From Eledone cirrhosa (lineage: Eukaryota): 64,000 nucleotides of DNA. The notes under the pieces are model-generated. The model saw nothing but the letters and a program-made list of their open reading frames with translations, had not been told where the DNA came from and did not search any database. Below, one piece after another: positions 32,540 to 44,100 of this stretch. The stretch is from contig OZ024744.1 in assembly GCA_964016885.1 (NCBI GenBank), positions 41,602,001-41,666,000 of the forward strand. Reading direction: 5' to 3'. A program made the position numbers and the translations under genes. How positions within the stretch are numbered: position 1 is the stretch's first letter; each line of letters starts with the position of its first letter.

Positions 32540-32871
32540 CTAATAATAAATGTGAAAACTAAAATCCAAAGAGGGCTCGAAAAGGATAACTATATATCAA
32601 ATGTATAAGAACCGGATCTTAAGAAGATCCCGTTAAGCGTGAAAGCAGCGATTCTTTGCAAGAGATGTCAACATGAATGGACCTGTTATTTTTATCTAAA
32701 GGCATTTTTTCCAATTCCAACCCGCCCGTCCCCTCAATCTGTCTTATTTCTCATTCTTTCTTCTGATGAAGGACTAGCGTCCGAAACATTCCTGCTATAT
32801 CAAGCGTTAACCTAATATATCCCTTCCATATACTCTACCGATTGTGTTGTTATTTCTGTTTACCTTTTACA

Positions 32872-32890
<19 letters not shown>

Positions 32891-32912
<22 letters not shown>

Positions 32913-35026
32913 CGAAGGAAAAGTGGTAAGGAACCAGGTGGACCATAACGCACCAAAGTACTCAATACTTAGGGTAGTAGAGTGGGTAATAGGAACGAGT
33001 AGGACCCCGACGGCTTAGCTCAAGCCGTTTCGACGGCTAATTCTGGACTAAATGAACATTTTTATCCTGATATATGAATAGCCGAGCTTCTCAGGGGGCA
33101 ATTTCATATATGGTAAAAGTGATTGTCACAAGGATTGGTCAAAAGTTTGTTGTTGAGACACATAATTCTATCATGGCAATTTGTGGAAGGAAGGGGTCGC
33201 TGAACCTGCCAGTAGAAGAAAGAGGGTGAGGGGGTGGAGGAAACCCAGTCGTGCGTTGATAGTGCCAACTACAGCAGGGCAGGAGGTCAAGGAAGTATAC
33301 TAGGGAGGGGGAGGGGGAGGATGTCGAACAATAAGTAAAACAATATGGGGTAAATATATAGAAAAATACCGAGAATGTTAAAAAAAACAATTAAATATAA
33401 AAAAAACAATTTCTGGTTACTATTCCCTAAGGGCAGCTATCAAGTCTCTCACTGGTACTGCTAGGCTAAAGAAAGGTTTACTAGGTGGGACGGAATTATA
33501 ATGAGACCCTTTTAAGAGGTAGTAGTAATCAACCGAGAATATCTTACGGTGACGGGTCAACAAGTGGGCGGCCAAAATACTAAAGAAACTACCACGAAAT
33601 AATAATTCAGAGTCCCGAGACTAATACGAAATAACTGTTTCCACCCCAGGCACAAGGCCAACAACTACCCAGTGCAAAAAATAAACTAATATGAAATAAT
33701 AATTCAGAATCCCGAAAAAGAATACTAATACTATCTCTAAGGGTGCCGCTACGATACAAAAATTCTAGTGCAAACTACATAAATGCTCGTAACACCCCAC
33801 TTGCCGACTTTGTAATGGGTAGCCCCTGCTTGCAAAGGTAGACGTAAGATCTTTTATATCTTTTTATCGCCTCCTCTATATTTCCTCCCCCCCCCCCCAT
33901 CCCTTCCTAGTCCTTCCACCCCAGTCCTCTTTCTTTGTCGTCGTCCTTTTCACTTTCTCGCCCACCCTCGGCAGCCCCTCGGTCCTTTGTAGCCTCAGTA
34001 CCCCCACCCCCTTCCCCTATTCTATGATAGAATTGGCCGACTCCGCTTTTTATAGCAGATGTGATAGACCCCGGATACTTGCCTTCTTATCCGATGGCTG
34101 CCTCTTTTCCGTGCTTTCTACATTTCTTAGTGGTATCTTTGCTTTAATTTCTCGTATATCAGTATTTCTTGGGGGGGGGGGATTCTGAATTTATTATTCC
34201 GTATCAAATTTTTCATATACTTCGTACAAGCATTTATGTAGTTTGCACTAGAATTTTTGTATCGTAGCGGCACCCTTAGAGATAGTATTAGTATTCTTTT
34301 TCGGGATTCTGAATTATTATTTCGTATTAGTTTATTTTTTGCACTGAGTAGTTGCTGGCCTTGTGCCTGGGGTGGAAACAGTTATTTCGTATTAGTCTCG
34401 GGACTCTGAATTATTATTTCGTGGTAGTTTCTTTAGTATTTTGGCCGCCCACTTGTTGACCCGTCACCGTAAGATATACTCGGTTGATTACTACTACCTC
34501 TTAAAAGGGTCTCATTATAATTCCGTCCCACCTAGTAAACTTTTCTTTAGCCTAGCAGTACCAGTGAGAGACTTGATAGCTGCCCTTAGGGAATAGTAAC
34601 CAGAAATTGTTTTTTTTTATATTTAATTGTTTTTTTAACATTCTCGGTATTTTTCTATATATTTACCCCATATTGTTTTACTTATTGTTTCGACTCCCTC
34701 CCCCTCCCCCTCCCTAGTATACTTCCTTGACCTCCTGCCCTGCTGTAGTTGGCACTATCAACGCACGACTGAGTTTCCTCCACCCCCTCACCCTCTTTCT
34801 TCTACTGGCAGGTTCAGTTACCCCTTCCTTCCACAAATTGCCATGATAGAATTATGTGTCTCAACAACAAACTTTTGACCAATCCTTGTGACAATCACTT
34901 TTACCATATATGAAATTACCCCCTGAGAAGCTCGGCTATTCATATACCAGGATAAAAATGTTCATTTAGTCCAGAATTAGCCGTCGAAACGGCTTGAGCT
35001 CAGCCGTCGGGGTCCTACTCGTTCCT
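32891..35026. repeat. ~2.1-kb inverted repeat (arms about 32990-33790 and 34230-35026), each arm ending in an HHR-like module
   Basis: Arms are near-perfect reverse complements; ACCCC-CTGAGAA-..CGGCTATTC...GAATTAGCCGTC-GAAA-CGGCT..AGCCG-TC^GGGGT at 34918-35013 and mirrored at about 33005-33098. Confidence 0.85.
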
Positions 35027-35088
35027 ATATATATATATATATATATATTATTATTATATATATAAAATGATTATTGAATTAAATTATT

Positions 35089-35224
35089 ATTGCTTTTGAA
35101 AACAGCTGGTGATATGCATGTAAGTAAATATTCACGCTATCTTATAGTTTGTAAACTTACATTGATCAATAGCTGAGTATAGATACAATGTATTATCACC
35201 ATCTAGAAACGATCGTAAAGCAGT
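35089..35224 (+). ncRNA. Hammerhead ribozyme with compensatory U3-A8 core, unit 1 of a 200-bp tandem
   Basis: ATTGCTT-TTGAAAA-CAGC-TGGTGATA...TATCACCA-TCTA-GAAA-CGATCG-TA^AAGCAGT. Confidence 0.75.
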
Positions 35225-35288
35225 GAAGTATATCTCTAATGACTTGATTTTATAATTCTGAGTAAAATTATTATTGAATAAAATTATT

Positions 35289-35424
35289 ATTGCTTTTGAA
35301 AACAGCTGGTGATATGCATGTAAGTAAATATTCTCTCTATCTGATAGTTTGTTAACTTACATAGATCAATAGCTGAGTATAGATACAATGTATTATCACC
35401 ATCTAGAAACGATCGTAAAGCAGT
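35289..35424 (+). ncRNA. Hammerhead ribozyme with compensatory U3-A8 core, unit 2 of the 200-bp tandem
   Basis: Same motif shifted by exactly 200 nt. Confidence 0.75.
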
Positions 35425-36104
35425 GAAGTATATCTCTAAAGATTTGATTTTTTATTTCATTGTTTTAACTTTATATATATATATATATATATATATAGGG
35501 TGTATCATAGAGATTCATCTGATTTTATTTACAATCTTTACAGATGATGAATATGTAAATAACTTGATTAAACATTTTTTTATAAAAGTTATTAAAAAAA
35601 GAATAAAACTTTATATTGGGACATGTATTAAACAAGTCACTGCATGATTATATGGTCAATTGTTTAAAAAATATGCCCATTTGAAATATAGTCTTTTTCA
35701 TGCTCCATGCACACGCTATCATACATAATGATAGATAATGAAAGAATAAAAACAAAACTGTTTTTACGAACGTTTCAGTGAACAGCTATCTATGTGCAGT
35801 CTAAGTGATGGTAATTATGTAACGCCATACCACCAACTTTGAAAATCTTCGTCTTCTGTGCTGGCCTGTTCAGAAACAGCTGTTTATGAACAATAGAGTA
35901 CAATGATGATATTTATTTGTTTAACGTTTGATATAGTAAGAGACGAATCTCTCTCTTTCTCCCCCACCTCTCTCTCTCTCTTTCTCTCTCGCTATATATA
36001 TATTTCTTTCTTTCCTTCTCTCTTTTCTCTCTCTCATGCATACATGATAGCTGCCCACTTGTTATCGAGTACGGCCGTTCACACGATAAAAAAAAATATC
36101 AATA

Positions 36105-39100
36105 ATAATTAATAGTGCTGCAATCGAATGTGGCTTTTTAGCCCAGCCATTGATCTAAAATGTATTGCTCAGAGTTGACAACCATGATAAAAACATTCAC
36201 TGGCAATAGCCGGCTGTGGTTGGTCTTCGTGTACTTTTGCATGTCGTTTGAGCCCTCCTGTTGATCTACACTGTTTTCCAGGTATGCTTGACAGGTATGA
36301 TAAGTAACATCTCCGACAGCAACCTGGTAGTTTACCACTGGCCTCACTATATGACTGCGAAGATGACTTTCGAGTCCAGCTTTGCTGAGGCAGAGTCTTG
36401 CACAGACGCTGCATGTCAGCACCATAGGAGGACCCTCGCTGTCTGGAAATATAACAGCAATGCTTTTCCTGACATCCCTTTTTACTTTCTCGTATGTGAT
36501 TCAAGATGCTTCAAAAGCAACTGTCCCCTCATATACAGTCTTTCTCCATTTATTACGATCAGCAGCTACGCTTTTCCATGTATCAGCAGAGATGTTAGCG
36601 TCTATCAAGGAGGCTTTCAAGGAATCCTTATACCTTTTATTTTATTTATGTGGAGGTCGTTTTCTTTTAACCAACTCTTAAAAGAGTTGTTTTGGTATCT
36701 TCGAATCCTCCATCCTAGCAAGGTGACCACTCCATTGGAGTCTTTGCTTAAACGCAAGATCTTCTATGCTTTCACTCAGAGATCTTTCCAAAATCTCGAC
36801 ATCACTAATGTGGTCCCTCCAGTGAACGCCATGGATCCGTCTGAGACACAGCTGATGGAAATATTCCAACTGTTGAAGATGGTTTCGATATGTGACCCAG
36901 GTTTCGCAGGCATAAAGAAGAGAAGAAAGCACACATGCCTTGTATACCTTTACCTTTGTCTTCTTGCATATGTCTCGCCGACCCCAGAGTCGCTTTTCTA
37001 GCTTTCTGAAAGCATCACTTGCTTTCCTAATCCTGTGTGGAATTTCATTATCAAGATTGCTATATCGATTGACAGTGCTTCCCAGGTAAACAAACTGATC
37101 AACCACTCCAAGTCTTTTACCATACACATAGATATTTGGTTCACTGTACCAGGGGCAGTTTGGTACATGGCAACGGTTTTCTTGAGACTGACAGTCAATC
37201 CTAGACTGAAAATGCCTTCAAAATGCACTGCATATCACTCTCTGTGTACAAGAAGGTCTCTTATGACAGAGGTAAATACTTTTTTTTTTTGCAGCAAAGC
37301 GCCTGATGTTAAATATGCTGCCAGGGGTTCGATAGTAGATGTAAACACCATGCTTGCAATTCACGAATGCAATATAGAAAACCATCGCAAAGTATATAGT
37401 AAATAGAGTCGGTGTTGGAATATCCCCCTGTTTCACTCCATTTTTCACTGAGATAGGATCCGACGTGTTACCTCCGACATTAACCCAAGCCTTCATGTCA
37501 TCATGGAAAGATCTAACCAAAGCAAAGAACTTATCAGGGTAACCAAGTTTCTAGAGAACCTTCCACAATGCATTTCTGTTAATAGTATCGAAAGCTTTTG
37601 TCAGATCGACAGAAACCTGATACAGATCCAAGCCTTGTTGCATGCACTTCTCCTGGAGCTGTCTAGCTGAGAAGATCATATCAGTAGTGCCGCGTCCAGC
37701 ACGAAAACCAGATTGACTTTCAGGAAGAACACAATCTGCAATGTGTGTCAGCAGACGATCCAGAAGCACCCTACATAACATCTTTCCTACAACAGAAAGC
37801 ATTGATATACCTCTGTAGTTTCCACAATCATTTTTGTTACCCTTTCCCTTGTACAAGACCACCATTACTGCATCTCTCCAGTCCTCAGGTGTGGATTCAC
37901 TAGCCCATATCCTGCCGAAAAAAGATTGAAGATGTCGCAGAAGTCTCTCACCACCATATTGTAAGAGATCTGCACTTATGCCATCCATACTTGGAGACTT
38001 TCTACTGTTCAGCTTCGAGATAGCTACTGCAATTTTCTCTCACGTCCGTGGTTCCGTTAGAGTTACTTTCACAGGTTTTTCAGAAATCACATTGAGGAAA
38101 TCTTCATTGACGACAGACGGCTGATTCAAAAGTTCATCGAAGTGCTCACGCCACCTTCGCAGAATTCTTTTGTGAGTCACGAAGAAGTTCTTTGCCATCC
38201 TTGCTTCGAAGCGGTGTCACCAGAGAAGAAGACGGTCCATAAACTTCACGCAAGAGACTGTACAACAGCTTTGTGTTATTGGAATCGGTTGCAGCTTGTA
38301 TCTCATCAGCCTTCTCACTCCACCACTGATCCTTCATCTGAGAAAGCCTTCGTCTAACACGTGATTTCACATCCTTGGGTTCCTTGCGCTACATATTCTT
38401 CTCCTGTGGCTTTGCTGCCAAGTAGTGTGACAGAGCACGCCTCTTATCAGCCAACAATTCATCTATATGTTCATCATTTTCTTTAAACCAGTCTTGATGC
38501 TATCTTTGTACCAATCCCAGAACAGGCCTGCCTACATCATAAATCGACTTTTTAAGGGTCGGCCAATCCTCATCCATATCTGCAACATTCATTTCTTCAC
38601 GCAATGTCCTCTTCTCTTTAATATCCCTAAGACGAGAAACATTCAGTCTGTTAGGCAGGGTAACACCAGCAGCCCGGATTTTACGTTTTCTAATTAATTT
38701 CACTTTTGCACGTACCAGGCGGTGGTCCGTCCAACGCTCTGCCCCACGAAGAGCACGAACACACTTCATATCCCGTCTGTCACGCACCCTGACAAGGACG
38801 TAGTCCAGAAGATGCCATTCTTTAGATTCAGGGTACATCCATGTGGTCTTAAACTTATTCCGTTACTGAAATATGGTGTTGGTAACACACAGATCCAGCT
38901 CCTCACACATCTGCAGCAGGAGCATACCATTGTTGTTACACTTTCCCACCCTATGCCTTCCGATTACATTCCATGTGTTAAAATCCCTACCTACTCTAGC
39001 ATTAAAATCACCAAGCACGATTACCTTGTCTGCCTGAGGGATATGTATTATAACACCTTTCAAAGCATGGCAGAGAAACACTTTTCCCTCATCAATGAAA

Positions 39101-39965
39101 TTCATAGTTGGATCATACACACTCCCCAGGGACGCATATCTTCCTTTGTCCAGCGGAATTCTCATTTACATAAGACTCTCACTAATCGTCACCGGAAATT
39201 CTTCTAATTTATCCACAAGAGCAGTCTTAACAGCAAATGCTACCTCAGCCTCTCTTCTATTCGCTTCATCTTTCCCTTTCCAAAAGAATATATATCATCA
39301 ACAATATTTCGTAAGATGACCATCTCCAGCTAACCTCGTCTCAGATAAAGCAACGATGTCAAGATCATAATAATGAAGCTCCTTCGCAACAAGAGCGGTC
39401 CTTCGTTCAGGACGTTCTGAGGAATCACTGCCAAGCAGTGTCCGTACATTCCAACATCCAATATTCAATGTTTTGTTTGTCTTAAGTTTTATTGGTTCTA
39501 TCTCAGTGGCACGATGACGACCGGGTCCAGGCTGTGATGACCTGGGGCCCCTTGCCGGGCCAGATCCTTTCATCTGGTGTGGTTCCAGAGCCCTTATTGT
39601 CATTTACTTTTATACTGTTTTGGGACATGATTGGTTGCTTTTTAAGGCTACAGCCAGCCATTCAGTTGAGATCTTATAAATAATAACATTATTAATAATT
39701 ATCAATTAATGCTATCGTGCAATGCCTGTGCGTGAAGATATTTTTTAAAGTGAGGAAAGACTGTGCACAGAGCCAATCCCACTCTCTGAGAGACAGTAGC
39801 TATAACCCGAAAAGAAGAAAAGATCAACATCATCGGTAACCACTGAGCCGCAGGTTTTATGTCGGAGTTATCCAGTTATCCTGACAAAGGGTAGGGGTCC
39901 TTCACTACCAGTGGTTTAACCGCGCGACTGGGTATCCAGCCCGATTATTTCTATATCCCCGCGCA
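36105..39965 (-). mobile_element. Near full-length decayed RTE (BovB-like) LINE: 5' UTR, APE endonuclease, RT, C2H2 fingers
   Basis: LNIGCWNVRTL, DIVALSETRL, VLGDFNARVG, WHLLDYVLVR, TDHRLV; GNYRGISML, PESQSGFRAGRGTTDMIF, DLTKAFDTINR, GVKQGD; LLYACETW; CSVC..HLRSH. Multiple frameshifts and stops. Confidence 0.95.
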
Positions 39966-40692
39966 TGAAGCAGGCATAGGTTTTCCAGGATCAATAATAA
40001 AATAGGTAGATATGATTCAGTTAAACATAAAAATAAAAGTTATTTAAAAGTTTAAAGGTTTAAATAATAATAATAAAATAATAATTGTTCTACTTTTGGC
40101 ACAAGGCCAGCAATTACCCAGTACATTACTGGTACTTTATTTTATCGACCCCGTAAGGATGAAAGGCAAAGTTAACCTCGGCGGGATTTGAACTCAGACT
40201 ATAAAGGGCCGTAACTCTTTGCTGCAAAGCATGGCGTCTGACCCTCTACCGTTACTGCCATTCCTTAAAAAAAATAATAATAGTAAATTAAATAAAAATA
40301 CACACGTACACGCAACGAATCCCACACATACCCACATACATACATTTACACACTCACACAGTATATACATATATACACATATTTGGATGGCCATAGACTC
40401 TCGTGAGTTCCTTCGTCCTTTGTCGGATCTTGTTTTTCATCCTGTAAGGGGTCCAGTCACACTCATCAAGCAAGCTTGGTCTGGTAGTCAGTTTAGTCGC
40501 CGACAATCCGACCATGTGACAGATTGTACTGGGATACATGTTACCAGTAGCACTCAAGAGCGACCTGACATACATACATACATACATACATACATACATA
40601 CATACATACATACATACATACATACATACATACATACATACATACATACATACATACATTCATACATACATACATAGATGCATACATACATA

Positions 40693-41136
40693 CGTGGATG
40701 CCAGGAAGCTCCAAAGTGAGAGTAATATAGATAAACAAAGTAACCTATCTTGGACCAACAACCGCTATATTGGCTCCCACTTTGAAGGATACACTTTTGC
40801 AATCCAAGAACAGGAAATCAACACAAAATACCTGTTTCACTAAAGAGATAGGGATGCAAGCAAAACACCTAGATGTGAGAACAAGTGCAGATTCTGCAGA
40901 ATTAACAACGAAGATGTAACCCATGTCATAAGCAGCTGTCCAAAGGTGTCATCGTGGTACTATCTACCTATGAGGCATGATGTAGTGACCAAAACACTGT
41001 ACAATGCAATCCGGAGAAAAGATAGCCCTGATAATAAATACATTGAAAGTTACAACAATGTGGAGACATACATATACTTAATATGAAAGAGTACTGGTGG
41101 AATGTTCCAGTAAAAACCTCAATAAATATGCAGGCA
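40693..41136 (+). mobile_element. R4/Dong-like non-LTR retrotransposon, part 1 (CCHC knuckle)
   Basis: EGYTFAIQEQEINTKY..KCRFCRINNEDVTHVISSCP..YYLPMRHDVV..EYWWNVPVKT. Confidence 0.85.
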
Positions 41137-44100
41137 TCTATATACATAAAACAGAGGATGTGTGTTTGTCTGTGTGTGTGTGGATGCTACATTATTCGAG
41201 GTTGGCGTCTACACCGCTCGCCCGATCTCGCTCAAATTTGCATACATCACTCCTCATGACCCCTTACATTGCTTAGGCTACTTTGTTTTTTGATAGATCC
41301 CCCCAGGGACCCGCAATCTATTGTCTATTTTGAGTGAAATCGGGAGATGAGGTTGCATTTTATGCACGCGTGAAAAATGTTTCCTTTTGAGTTTTTTGAC
41401 CCGGTTTTTTGCTAATATGGGTAGAAAAGAGTCTAAATGTTGTTGACGTGCTCGAATCATTTCGAAATTCGGTCGAGAGTGAAGCTCGAGGTCGAATTTC
41501 CACTTCGTATATAGAGAGACAGGAATAACAGGTCTTATAGTAACATTACCTTCCCCTTCCCCCTTCTTTAGAGAGAGAGAGAGAGAGGAAGATAGAGAGA
41601 GAAGTTCTGGGTGTCACAGAAATATTACATTCCCTCTCCACTTTGGTCAGTGAGCGAACCACTGTTGCTATAGTAACATTACCTTCCCCCTCCCCTTCTT
41701 TATTGAGCGAGGAATATAGAGAGAGACGTTGTTGGTGTTACAGTAACATTACCTTCCCCTCTCCACTTACTTTGATCTTTGAGACCGAGGGAACCACTGT
41801 TGCTATAGTTACAGCTTCACGTGACACAAACCAATTCCTGCCAGTTCTGACCACCTGGCACCAGTTGAGTCAGTTTTTGCTTTCTTTCGGTCGAGAAGTG
41901 GACAAATTTTCGCCTTGAATAAAAAAAAAAATTTCCTAGACGGCTGGAGGTGGCAGCTTTTATTCTGTTTTGGCAAGACTGCTATCAAAAAATTCTGCAG
42001 ACTCTTATCGTTGATTTGAGTGGCCTGCAAAGCTTTGTTTTTCAAACGCTACACTTGCTACTTGGTTAGGCTACTGTGTAGACATGTGCTTCACTCTCAC
42101 TGCATTACATTTTGTGACCTCGCATTCGGACTTTGCCATTCCCAGTACGTTTTTTGTTTACTTTTTTCTTGCTTAAAATTGTAACAATTTGTCACTTTTT
42201 TTTACCTTCCCCAAAATACTGCTTATCACCTTCGCTTTTTTGCCTTTGCTCTAAACCTGCTTCCCCTTTACTGTTTACTGTACTATTGCAACCATGCCAC
42301 TGAAAAGAAAGAGTACCCTTAACCGTAGGAAAACATCGTCTGTTGTTTCAAAAAAGAGGCGATTGAATGAGCAGTCTACAGATGCCGGACTGCATTTTTG
42401 GCCACAAACCCCTGTTACTTCGCTTTCAAACTTAAGTACCCCTAGCACAGCCCAACCCAGCGCCTCTCTATCTACAGTTACCACTTCGAATCGTGCCATT
42501 CGTAATTGTTGGAATGCAGTTGCAACAGCCGCCTCTAGGGCAGCAGAGAGTGACAGCCAAAGAGCTCTTCGTAGGGCTAGGAATGCTGCAACTACTGCTG
42601 CTGCAAGGGCCTCCGAAACTAAACAGCAAACAACCACCAGACGGTCAAAGAACGCTGCTTCAACCGCCGCCTCCCGTACTGCAGAAACCGACCAGGAGAC
42701 AGCCATCCGAAGGTCCAAGGACTCCGCCTCCACCGCAGCTGCCAGAGCATCCCAGACCGAGATACAGACAGCCATCCGAAGGTCCCAGAACGCTGTATCC
42801 ACCGCCGCCTCCCGTGCCGCAGAACATCAAACAGCCCGCCGTGCTCGGTTGAACACAAACAACGCACGAAGAGACACCGCCAGAGGAACAACGAGTCCCC
42901 ATGAGTCATTTTGGCTTATGAAGGCTTTCAACTACGATCCAACAGTAAAATACTCCGACCGTACGGACATTCAACTAGGCAGGATGGATGTCATATGCCA
43001 ATTCTGTGGTGCAGAGAAGTGGCCCGGAGAACCACCTGGCCTGTGCTGCTCTAATAGGAAGGTTTCACTTCCTCCTTTGGCGGCCCCTCCAGAACCTTTG
43101 CGAGAACTTCTTAGCGGAGAGACCTCTACGTCAACAGACTTCCTTGGCAACATAAGGAAATACAACTGCGCCCTCCAGATGACTTCGTTCGGGGCCAAAA
43201 TTGTCCGACAAAGCGGGTGGATGCCAACCTTTAAGGTTCAGGGCCAGGTTTACCACTATGTCGGTCCTCTACAGCCTGCGCCGTCAGCGTAACCCGCCTT
43301 CCTGCAAATTTACTTCATAGCTGACTACAACAAGCAGGCTGACATGCGCTCATCTGTCATCCCAGCTGATGGCACTAGAGAGAACCTGGACAGAGACGTC
43401 CTCCTTGCGCTGCAGCAAATGCTACACTCAGAAAACAGCTACGTGCAGAGCTTCAAGTACGCCTTGGAGACTACTGACCTGACTAACTTCAACATTGTCA
43501 TCGATGCCGACAAAAGACCATCCGGAGAACACGCCCGTCGATTTAACGCGCCCGCGTGCAACGAGGTGGCAGTCGTCCTTCACGGAGACCAGCACAACCC
43601 CCGGGATATCGTCATATCCAACCGTGCAACTGGCCTCCACAGAATACGCGAAACACACCGATCCTACGACAGCCTCCAATACCCTCTACTTTTTCCCCGC
43701 GGCGAGGACGGCTACCACTTTAAGACTCCACACTGCCAGCCAAACCAGCCCTCCGTTGCTGCCGCCAAAACCGTGTCCTGCAAGGAATTTTACGCATACC
43801 GACTCATGCCTCGGAGAAACTGTTTCAACAGTTTGCACAGATCGCAGGACCTACTGAACCAATTTGCGGTGGATATGGCAGCAAAGATGGAGTCAGAACG
43901 ACTGGCCTTCATTCGAACCCACCAGCAGCAACTGCGTAGCGAAAGCTACATACACCTGCGAGACGGCTTGGCCAACGACGGGGATCCCCGAAACATTGGC
44001 AAGGTCTTCATCCTGCCTTCTACCTTCACCGGAGGACCTCGGTACATGCACGAGAGGACTCAGGACGCCATGACCTACGTGCGGTCCTACGGCCGTCCTG

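Noticed and set aside
39840-39965. HDV-like ribozyme at the RTE 5' end
   Set aside because: Known in some RTEs, but the nested double pseudoknot could not be assigned by eye.
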